Positions 41,249-49,153 of a DNA stretch of 64,000 bases are shown here, in pieces. Location: assembly GCA_035390825.1 (NCBI GenBank), contig DAOOUQ010000006.1, forward strand, positions 24,207 through 88,206, read 5' to 3'. The DNA is from Bacteroidales bacterium. Lineage in GTDB: Bacteria > Bacteroidota > Bacteroidia > Bacteroidales > VadinHA17. The first letter of the stretch is position 1. The number at the start of each line of letters is the position of its first letter. Both the position numbers and the translations under genes were made by a program. The notes under the pieces were generated by a model that saw only the letters and a program-made list of their open reading frames with translations, did no database searches and was not told the origin of the DNA.

Positions 41249-42757
41249 ATGGCAGCAAATAAAATCAACAGGCGCACATTCCTTGGTTCGGCCGCTTCGG
41301 CCGGACTGGCATTGACAATTGTTCCGCGGCAGGTTCTTGGCGGACCTGGTTACGTTGCTCCGAGCGATAAACTCACACTGGGGTATATCGGATGCGGAAC
41401 CCAGGGATTAAGGGAGATGGCGACGCTCTTAGCCAATCCTGCACTTCAGATTGTGTCAGTCTGCGATCCCAACAAATTCACCACCGATTATGTCGACTGG
41501 TCGGCAAATGATGTCAGGAACACGATCAGGAGGGCCCTTCAGGACAACACCTGGGGCGAGAAGATAAAAGGCATACCCGGAGGAAGGGATATCGGGCAGG
41601 AATTTGTAAATAAATATTATGCCAAGTCGAAGGATGCAACCAGCTACAAAGGATGCACCTCCTACATTGATTTCCGTGAACTTCTGGAAAAAGAGACGGG
41701 AATTGATGCTATCAAAATAATGACTCCTGATCACCTTCATGCCACTATTGCCATTGCATCAATGAAAAAAGGGAAACATGTGGTCACCCATAAACCAATC
41801 GCAAACAGGATTTATGAAGGCAGACTGGTAATAGAAACCGCCAGAAAAACAGGATTGAGCACACATCTTCTGGCATGGAGCAAAAGACCCGGGTATGACC
41901 TTGCAAAGAGCTGGATAAATGCAGGATTTATCGGCACTCTTAAGGAAATTCACAACTGGTCGAACAGGCCGGTGTGGCCACAGTGGCAGGAAATCCCTTC
42001 AGACCGTCCGCCTGTTCCAAAGGGTTTCGACTGGACCCTCTGGCTGGGCCCTGTACCCGACAGGCCTTATCATCCTCATTTCACCCATGCTGTATTCCGC
42101 GGCTGGTACGATTTCGGAGGAGGCAGCATTGCAGATATGGGTCATTACAGTCTCTTCCCCCTCTTCCTGGCTTTCAATATCACGAAGCCCGCCGTCAGCG
42201 CCGAGTCAAATGCAACGACTACTTGCACTTTAAGGGATAATGTTTCCGTGGGAGTCGAAAATAATGTCTCATTTCCATTATCGTGCATGATAAGGTTCCA
42301 GTTCCCGGCCCAGCCCGAGCTTCCTCCTTTTGAGCTCTTCTGGTATGACGGTGGAATTAAGCCGTTTGTACCGGATGAACTAAGGTCGGTCAACAAAACA
42401 CTTCCGCGCGAAGGCATGATGTTTGTAGGCGACAAGGGCAAAATCATTGCCGGATTCAGGGGCGAAAATCCTGTTCTTGTTCCAGAATCAAAAATGAGCT
42501 TTATCAAAACAGACGATGCAGGCACGACAGAGGGCTACAGAGGCGATGAAGTCTGGATCGAGGCTTTCAGGAACAAAACCCAGACACCAGGCAGCTTCCT
42601 GCTTGCAGGGCCGGTAACCGAAACCATAAATCTTGGTGCAGTTGCATTGCGTGCAGGGAAAAAGGTTGAATATGATTCCGAAAGTATGAAAATCACCAAC
42701 CTTCCTGAAGCCGGGAAATACCTTACGCGTGAGTACAGATCAGGCTGGGAATTGTAA
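41249..42757 (+). CDS. Gfo/Idh/MocA family oxidoreductase, Tat-exported
   Basis: Twin-arginine motif NRRTFLGSAASAG. Rossmann start LGYIGCGTQG. HKPIA motif region. Confidence 0.8.
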   Translation: MAANKINRRTFLGSAASAGLALTIVPRQVLGGPGYVAPSDKLTLGYIGCGTQGLREMATLLANPALQIVSVCDPNKFTTDYVDWSANDVRNTIRRALQDNTWGEKIKGIPGGRDIGQEFVNKYYAKSKDATSYKGCTSYIDFRELLEKETGIDAIKIMTPDHLHATIAIASMKKGKHVVTHKPIANRIYEGRLVIETARKTGLSTHLLAWSKRPGYDLAKSWINAGFIGTLKEIHNWSNRPVWPQWQEIPSDRPPVPKGFDWTLWLGPVPDRPYHPHFTHAVFRGWYDFGGGSIADMGHYSLFPLFLAFNITKPAVSAESNATTTCTLRDNVSVGVENNVSFPLSCMIRFQFPAQPELPPFELFWYDGGIKPFVPDELRSVNKTLPREGMMFVGDKGKIIAGFRGENPVLVPESKMSFIKTDDAGTTEGYRGDEVWIEAFRNKTQTPGSFLLAGPVTETINLGAVALRAGKKVEYDSESMKITNLPEAGKYLTREYRSGWEL

Positions 42758-42850
42758 GGTCAATGACCTCAGAGCCTGATTAAGTTTGATGATTTAAAGT
42801 TCTTTTACTATATTGCTGAACTTTTAATTTACTAACCAATTATTGCTGAT

Positions 42851-43345
42851 ATGATTAAAAAGATCTTTTCTCTGCTTTTCATCGGTGTGCTTATTTCATC
42901 CTGCGGAAACACAGGCAGTAAGGAGGTTTCCTCCAATGCCGCAACCACAGGCGATGCCGTTCAAGTCGAATTTTCATCGCTGGTTGATAATCCTTCCGCA
43001 TACGTGGGCAAAAAGATAAGCGTTGAAGGTAAGGTTGTACATGTATGCACACATAGCGGAAAAAAACTCTTTATCACCGGTGATAATCCGGACGTCATGC
43101 TGTACGTTCAGGCCGGTGAGGAAATGCCCAAATTCCCTATGGAACTTCTTGGAAGCGAAGTCGTTGTTGAAGGCACTCTTACCCGGGTAGCTGCAAAAAC
43201 GATGCCCGAAGGCGAAGGAACAAAGAATGCCGGTATGTCAGAAGCTCCTGGAACAGACACCTGTGAAACAGCAAAAGCTTTGTCGTCACAGGTAGCACTG
43301 GCTGACCTCATGATGGTGTATGACAAACATTCCGTTATCAAGTAG
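42851..43345 (+). CDS. hypothetical lipoprotein (possibly DUF4920-like)
   Basis: Lipobox LISSCG. The core VGKKISVEGKVVHVCTHSGKKLFI resembles DUF4920 from memory only. Confidence 0.45.
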   Translation: MIKKIFSLLFIGVLISSCGNTGSKEVSSNAATTGDAVQVEFSSLVDNPSAYVGKKISVEGKVVHVCTHSGKKLFITGDNPDVMLYVQAGEEMPKFPMELLGSEVVVEGTLTRVAAKTMPEGEGTKNAGMSEAPGTDTCETAKALSSQVALADLMMVYDKHSVIK

Positions 43346-43374
43346 AATATTCTTATTAATTTAATCTAATATGG

Positions 43375-43402
43375 AGGTGCCTCAGGAAGGCACCTTTCTT
43401 TT
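43375..43402 (+). terminator. hairpin plus T-rich tail abutting the next start codon
   Basis: AGGTGCCT (43375-43382) pairs with AGGCACCT (43388-43395) across a 5-nt loop, followed by TTCTTTT and then the ATG at 43403. Confidence 0.6.
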
Positions 43403-43951
43403 ATGAATATTTCCAGATTGAACAGGGTCACTCATCGTGACATAGGGTATCTCATAGCGGGTCTCACAATCATTTATGCCGTTTCGGGCATTGCCCTCAA
43501 CCATAAAAATGACTGGAATCCCAATTATATTATTGAGAACACAGCCTTTCAGACCGACATAAACATTTCGAGGGAAGATCTCAACAAGGATACTGCAGAG
43601 GAAATCCTTAAGAGAGTTCCGGGTTCACATGAATTGAAAACCTATTATTTCCCCGCCGGCAATGTACTGACATTGTTCATCGAGGGCGGATCGGTGCGTA
43701 TAAACACTAAGACAGGTCAGGGGACGGTTGAAAAGATCAGCAAACGTCCCTTCTTCTATGAGCTGAATTTTTTACATTATAACCCCGGGAAATGGTGGAA
43801 ATACTTCAGCGATGTTTTTTGCATTGCCCTGATAACTGTCACAATAACAGGTTTGTTCCTTGTAAAAGGGAAGAACGGGATTACCCGCAGGGGTGCAATT
43901 CTTACCGCAACCGGGATAATATTGCCGTTGCTGTTCCTGTTTATTTACTAG
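43403..43951 (+). CDS. PepSY-associated TM helix domain protein
   Basis: HRDIGYLIAGLTIIYAVSG N-terminal TM helix, central soluble region, C-terminal TM helices. The size and pattern fit the short PepSY-TM family. Confidence 0.55.
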   Translation: MNISRLNRVTHRDIGYLIAGLTIIYAVSGIALNHKNDWNPNYIIENTAFQTDINISREDLNKDTAEEILKRVPGSHELKTYYFPAGNVLTLFIEGGSVRINTKTGQGTVEKISKRPFFYELNFLHYNPGKWWKYFSDVFCIALITVTITGLFLVKGKNGITRRGAILTATGIILPLLFLFIY

Positions 43952-46098
43952 ACTTTCTTTATAGCCTCAAGGACTCTGGCGGGAGTCATCGGCATCCTGT
44001 ACAGCCTTGCACCTGTTGCATCAAAGATGGCATTTGCCACAGCAGCTCCGACTGTGATGATGGCTGGTTCGCCCCCGCCTTTGGGAGGCATGTTAAGCCT
44101 GTCAAGGATTACGCATTCCATTTTCGGTGTCCATGAAAAGCGGGGAATCTCGTATGTGTCAAAACCCCGGTTTTTTATGTTTCCGCCTTCGAACCGGATC
44201 TCTTCCGTGAAGGTATATCCAAGAGCCATCTGAATACAGCCTTCCATCTGTATCAGGGCTCCCTGAGGGTTGACACATAATCCCATATCCTGGGCGCAGG
44301 CCACCCTGAGAACCCTGACTTTTCCGGTAGTTTTGTCAACTTTTACCTCAACTATAGTTGCAACCCATGTTCCGGCGTCGGTACCACAGGCCATTCCGAT
44401 ACCTCTTCCGCCCGGTGTCTTTGAAGGAACATAGCCAAATTTTTCTGCAACGGCATTCCAGCATGATATCATCTTTTCATCCGACAGGTTTTTAAGACGG
44501 AATTCAAGAGGATCAGTTCCTGCCCCGGCAGCCATGATATCTATCTGGCTTTCCCTGGCAAATGTGTTCGCGTTGTTGTTTGGTGCACGCCATGGGCCGG
44601 TCGCGAAAGGATGGATCATCACAGAGTCCATATTCTGACTGTAACTCGTGGTTTTTGTGTTCGGAACATTGTAAATAGTGTCAGATCCCCTTGTTCCTCC
44701 ATAATAGACACTGTAGTCCCAAAGCTTTATGAACCCGTTTTTGTCAATTCCCGATCGGATTCTGACAACTCCAGCCGGGTGGAAGGTATCATAAAAGAAT
44801 TCCTCATCGCGGGACCAGACTAGCATAATGGGTTTCCCGGTCAATTTTGCCAGCCGGGCGGCCTCAACACCCTGCTGAAATGCAGCTTTCCCGCCAAATC
44901 CGCCTCCTACAAACGGGGTAATTACCCGTACTTTTTCGCGCGGATAACCGAGTTCTCGCACAATGCCATCCTGCAGCCCGAAAGGCGACTGGGTTGAAGC
45001 CCAGACGGTCATTTTGTCGCCTTCCTGCTTTGCAAGGGCTGTATGTGTTTCGATCGATGCATGGGCAAGATAAGGATCATGGAATTCCGACTCAAAAATC
45101 TTGTCAGATTGCCGATAACCCAGTTCGGTATCTCCTTCAGCGTTCAGAACCTGCGCCCGCGAATCAGCTCCGACCATCCTGTCGTAAAGGTTCCTGTCAT
45201 CTGCTTTGAGCTCATTGAAGGTATATTCAGCTTTTATTTTAACTATAGCTTCATCAGCCCTGTCCTTGTTCTCATTAAGAACAGCAATAAAATCGCCGTC
45301 CCTGACGACATGGGTTCCTTCTACTTTTTCTGCATCAGAGACATCGACAGCTGAAAGCTTCGCGCCGTGTGACGGTGGCCTTAATATTCTGGCAAACACC
45401 ATTCCCGGTAGTTTCAGGTCACCGGTATATTTTGCCTTTCCGGTAACTTTCAACAAGGCATCGCTGTGATTCAGGGGTTTTCCGACATATGTGAATTGTG
45501 TATAATCCTCAGGTGCAGGTTTGACGTCGAGATATTTCTCAAGCTTTTTGCCTTTAGTCAGAGAAGCATAGCTGACACTTCTATTTGGATTCTTTGAATC
45601 GACGACGAAGCCATCTCTCACCTCAAGCTGGGAAACAGGTACTCCGAGCCTGGCCGCAGCAAGATCAACAAGGACGCCTCTCGCCTCTGCAGCGGCGGCT
45701 CTCATTGCAGGTCCGAATGTCTGCGTAGTCTGAGAACCCCATGTTCCGGCATCATAAGGACAGAGATCAGTATCGCCCATTATCATTTTAACCTTCCCGA
45801 TCGGAACATTGAGTTCATCTGCCATCATCTGTGCGAGGGAAGTTATCACACCCTGACCCATTTCAATTTTGCCGGTAAAACAACTCACGGTTCCGTCTTC
45901 AGCTATCTGCAGGAATGCATTGTAATCCTGCGTCAAAGTCCTTCTCTGTGTCTGAGCACCGATATTTTCGAGCGCTCCCCATGGCTGAAAGAAGACAATA
46001 ATGCCGCCACCAACAATTTTAAGGAAACTTCTCCTTTTCATCCCGTTTCCCGTTTCAGAAGTGGTCTCTGAACTGACTTTGGAATCGTTCTTTTTCAT
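43948..46098 (-). CDS. molybdopterin-binding subunit of the xanthine dehydrogenase/aldehyde oxidase family (IorB-like), Tat-exported
   Basis: Twin-arginine motif KRRSFLKIVGGG. Length and blocks are typical of the aldehyde oxidase/XDH Mo-binding domain (GGGFGGK, PFATGPWRAP). Confidence 0.85.
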   Translation of the reverse strand: MKKNDSKVSSETTSETGNGMKRRSFLKIVGGGIIVFFQPWGALENIGAQTQRRTLTQDYNAFLQIAEDGTVSCFTGKIEMGQGVITSLAQMMADELNVPIGKVKMIMGDTDLCPYDAGTWGSQTTQTFGPAMRAAAAEARGVLVDLAAARLGVPVSQLEVRDGFVVDSKNPNRSVSYASLTKGKKLEKYLDVKPAPEDYTQFTYVGKPLNHSDALLKVTGKAKYTGDLKLPGMVFARILRPPSHGAKLSAVDVSDAEKVEGTHVVRDGDFIAVLNENKDRADEAIVKIKAEYTFNELKADDRNLYDRMVGADSRAQVLNAEGDTELGYRQSDKIFESEFHDPYLAHASIETHTALAKQEGDKMTVWASTQSPFGLQDGIVRELGYPREKVRVITPFVGGGFGGKAAFQQGVEAARLAKLTGKPIMLVWSRDEEFFYDTFHPAGVVRIRSGIDKNGFIKLWDYSVYYGGTRGSDTIYNVPNTKTTSYSQNMDSVMIHPFATGPWRAPNNNANTFARESQIDIMAAGAGTDPLEFRLKNLSDEKMISCWNAVAEKFGYVPSKTPGGRGIGMACGTDAGTWVATIVEVKVDKTTGKVRVLRVACAQDMGLCVNPQGALIQMEGCIQMALGYTFTEEIRFEGGNIKNRGFDTYEIPRFSWTPKMECVILDRLNMPPKGGGEPAIITVGAAVANAIFDATGARLYRMPMTPARVLEAIKKV

Positions 46099-46100
46099 GG

Positions 46101-46577
46101 TTACCTCCCTCCTTTCATTTCTTTTGACGCAGTTTCAACTGCATCGATTATCCTCGTATGAGCTCCGCACCTGCAAAGATTTTCCTCAAGCCCTTCAATT
46201 ATCTGCTGACGAGTCAGAGACGGATTTTTCATTATCATGGCAGCTGCGGTCATTATCATTCCGGGAGTGCAGTAACCGCACTGAAGAGCATCATGATCTA
46301 TAAAAGCCTGCTGCAGGGGATGAAGTTTCCCGCCTCTGGCGAGTCCTTCTATAGTAATGACCTCCGTTCCCTGAATGTCGCTGACAGGAAGCATGCATGA
46401 TCGTGTCGCCTCCCTGTTGATAAGAACCGTACAGGCGCCGCAGAAACCTGTTCCGCAGCCATACTTTGTTCCTGTAAGTCCAAGCTGGTTCCTGAGGACC
46501 CACAACAGTGTCTGATTTGGATCCGTAATAATTTCCGTGTTTTTGCCGTTGAGCTTAAACCTGATTTTTTGTTCCAT
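46101..46577 (-). CDS. (2Fe-2S)-binding small subunit (IorA-like)
   Basis: Cysteine clusters CGTGFCGACTV and CGYCTPG...CRCG. Confidence 0.9.
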   Translation of the reverse strand: MEQKIRFKLNGKNTEIITDPNQTLLWVLRNQLGLTGTKYGCGTGFCGACTVLINREATRSCMLPVSDIQGTEVITIEGLARGGKLHPLQQAFIDHDALQCGYCTPGMIMTAAAMIMKNPSLTRQQIIEGLEENLCRCGAHTRIIDAVETASKEMKGGR

Positions 46578-46579
46578 TT

Positions 46580-47173
46580 TTACAGATATTTGTTCGTTTC
46601 GTTCAGGTAATCTTCAATTGTGTCAAAATCCTTAAGAATTCCACCTGAGGATGTATCAACTTCCAGAACATCCCCGGGGAACGTTGCTGCAAGCCATCTC
46701 AGTCCTTCATTATCAGGTATTCGGTTTATCCAGGTCCGGTATTTAAAGCCGATCAGCAAGGGATGCCCCCTTTTCCCTTTGTAAACCGGGATTACTAGGC
46801 CTTTTCCTGAATCACGGTAAGCCGTGATTACCTTACCTGTCACGTCAGGATCGATAAATGGCTGATCTCCCTGAAAAACAAGGATGGCGTCAAATTTACC
46901 AGGAAGGTTCTCAAAACCGCATTTTACCGAAGAAAGCATTCCTTCCCTATAATTCTCATTAAAGCAGGTTGTCACTGGCAGGTGACCAATTGTCTCGGAA
47001 ATCTCCTTCGCGAAGGATCCGAGCACTACAAGTGTAAAATCTATTTCTGCCTGAAGCACATTGCCAATCACCATCTCTATCATGGTCTTTCCGGCGATAG
47101 GAAGAAGGAGCTTTGGTGTGTTCATCCTTTTGGATTCACCAGCGGCAAGAACTATTGCACAAATGCCGTTCAT
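46580..47173 (-). CDS. MobA/MocA-like nucleotidyltransferase (molybdenum cofactor cytidylyltransferase-like)
   Basis: LAAGESKRMNTPKLLL N-terminal motif. 197 aa, positioned between the XdhC and IorA genes. Confidence 0.75.
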   Translation of the reverse strand: MNGICAIVLAAGESKRMNTPKLLLPIAGKTMIEMVIGNVLQAEIDFTLVVLGSFAKEISETIGHLPVTTCFNENYREGMLSSVKCGFENLPGKFDAILVFQGDQPFIDPDVTGKVITAYRDSGKGLVIPVYKGKRGHPLLIGFKYRTWINRIPDNEGLRWLAATFPGDVLEVDTSSGGILKDFDTIEDYLNETNKYL

Positions 47174-47209
47174 TGGTTCATTTACCGTTCCCGGTTTGTT
47201 AATTATGAT

Positions 47210-48226
47210 TTATTCCGTTCTGCTCCTTACCTGGATCAGCTGGGCAGCGATGCTGACTGCAATTTCTTCAACTGTCCTGGAGCTGATATCAATTCCTACC
47301 GGGGCATGTATCCTTTCCCACTGCTCAACGGTAGCAAGCCGCTTGTCAATAAATTCGTGTTTCATAAGGGCAACCTTGGTTTTGCTGCCAATCATACCGA
47401 TATAGGCAACATCAGAACCTATACAGGCTTTAAGTGCATCGCCATCGTCCCTGTGCCCCCTGGTAACTATTACAATATAGGTGTCGGACCCTTTTTCAAT
47501 TTCCCCGAGTGACTTGCCGACCGGACCGGCAATTATCCTGTCGGCAAACGGCAGATTTGATGAATTTGCAAATTCAGGACGGTCGTCAATCACAGTAACC
47601 TCAAAATCAATCATTTTTCCAATCTGAGAAAGGGCCTTTCCAATATGTCCCGCTCCGGCAATGATCAGACGCGGCAGAGGCATGACTGGTTCCAGGAATA
47701 TCTGCGTGTCGGCCTCGCCGGAAGCTTCTAACGGACTGATCTCCCTGAAACCCGAAATTGCTGGTTCGCGGCAGAGATATTCTGACATATCAGTTGTCCA
47801 TTCTCTTTCCACACCGGTGCCTGCTGATCCATGGTTAACAACTCTTGTTACAAGGATGCCTGGTATTCTTTTTTCGCAGCATGTTCTTATTTCTCTGAAA
47901 ACATGGTGGTGACGTGCAAGGTCAGGATCAAGAAGGACGCTGATTCTTCCGCCGCATAAAGTATCTTCTCCTCCAGGCACACTTGTATCAAGGTAAAAAA
48001 CATGATGAACAGGATTTCGTGTTTCAATTAAGCGGCTTGCCATTTCCTGTATCTTGCCTTCAAGAACACCTCCACCTATTGTTCCTGCAACAAGGCCATT
48101 CCGGTTGAAAAGAGCAGAGCTGCCGGGTTTCCGGGGAGTCGATCCCTGAGCCCCGGTTACCGTGGCAAGAACAATTTCTGACAAATCATTCAGGTCGGAG
48201 GGAATCTGAAGATAAATGTTTTTCAT
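47210..48226 (-). CDS. XdhC/CoxI family molybdenum-hydroxylase maturation factor
   Basis: N-terminal XdhC_CoxI-like region (LATVTGAQGSTPRKPGS) plus a C-terminal Rossmann region (LIIAGAGHIGKAL). Confidence 0.8.
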   Translation of the reverse strand: MKNIYLQIPSDLNDLSEIVLATVTGAQGSTPRKPGSSALFNRNGLVAGTIGGGVLEGKIQEMASRLIETRNPVHHVFYLDTSVPGGEDTLCGGRISVLLDPDLARHHHVFREIRTCCEKRIPGILVTRVVNHGSAGTGVEREWTTDMSEYLCREPAISGFREISPLEASGEADTQIFLEPVMPLPRLIIAGAGHIGKALSQIGKMIDFEVTVIDDRPEFANSSNLPFADRIIAGPVGKSLGEIEKGSDTYIVIVTRGHRDDGDALKACIGSDVAYIGMIGSKTKVALMKHEFIDKRLATVEQWERIHAPVGIDISSRTVEEIAVSIAAQLIQVRSRTE

Positions 48227-48345
48227 AGTCAGGGATCTTGTCAGAATATAACAAATATATTCAATTTATCTTATAAATTCCATTGATGCTGTATTTGCCA
48301 TGTTACACCTGACAGTTGCTGAACTAATAATAAAGAACGGGATTA

Positions 48346-48859
48346 ATGAAGTAGTATCTATTTACTCCTTGATTTTCCCGTCGGCCATCAAGGCTGTAAT
48401 ATCATGCTGCCGGCAGAAGGAATCAGTGACCGGCTAACCAGGCATTCCGGATACATCATGGCTTGAAGAGATTACCGCTGCTGATCTCCGGCAGGGCTAA
48501 ACCGGAAGAAAATACAAGGTTGCCGGTTTCGTTACTGAATGCCTTCGAAGAATAGAAGAAATTGACAAAACAATGGATCCGGAATAGCCTGATGCGCTTA
48601 TTGCACCGACTGGATCACCTGCATGGAAAACAGATCTGACACCAGGTGATCACTTTGCGGGTGGCAGCTCATCACTCACAGCCATTTCAGGATACCCGGG
48701 CAAAACTCTGCCAATGGGGTCAAGAATGAACCTCCAGACGGGATCACGTTTTCCGGAAAGGTCTGGAATGGACCCTTACTGCCTGAAACAGCGTACAGCT
48801 TCGAACAGGGTATAAAACACCTCAGGGCGCCAAAAGACCTTACGGCCGACTCATTCTGA
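48346..48859 (+). pseudogene. eroded amidase-signature-family (secreted amidase) gene with its catalytic core deleted
   Basis: One frame reads VSIYSLIFPSAIKAVISCC (signal/lipobox) ... LEEITAADLRQG* ... KYKVAGFVTECLRRIEEIDK...PE*PDALIAPTGSPAWKTDLTPGDHFAGGSSSLTAISGYPGKTLPMG. After a frameshift it reads PPDGITFSGKVWNGPLLPETAYSFEQGIKHLRAPK. These are amidase N- and C-termini joined directly, with about 380 codons missing. There are three in-frame stops (48435, 48498, 48585) and a frameshift near 48730. Confidence 0.7.
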
Positions 48860-48888
48860 GTATGGTTGCCCGTTAACAGGTATAATGA

Positions 48889-49080
48889 TTATTCCTGCTT
48901 GGTTTCTTCCTTCGACTCTGATTTGATCTTCGACGGTTCATCTTCAACCTTCGAGGCTTTTTTGAATTCTTTCATGCCCTGTCCAATTCCCTTCATCAAT
49001 TCAGGGATTTTTCGTCCGCCAAAGAGAAGAACAATAACAAGAATTATAAGAATGATTTCGGTAGCTCCAAAGTTTCCCAT
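48889..49080 (-). CDS. tatA: twin-arginine translocase subunit TatA/E
   Basis: MGNFGATEIILIILVIVLLFGGRKIPELMKGIGQGMKEFKKA is the canonical TatA TM helix, hinge and amphipathic helix. Confidence 0.9.
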   Translation of the reverse strand: MGNFGATEIILIILVIVLLFGGRKIPELMKGIGQGMKEFKKASKVEDEPSKIKSESKEETKQE

Positions 49081-49153
49081 CTTTTCCAGAATTAAGTATT
49101 TTATAAAACAGTTTAACAGATTTGATATTTCAAAGATAATAAAAGTTCAGAAC

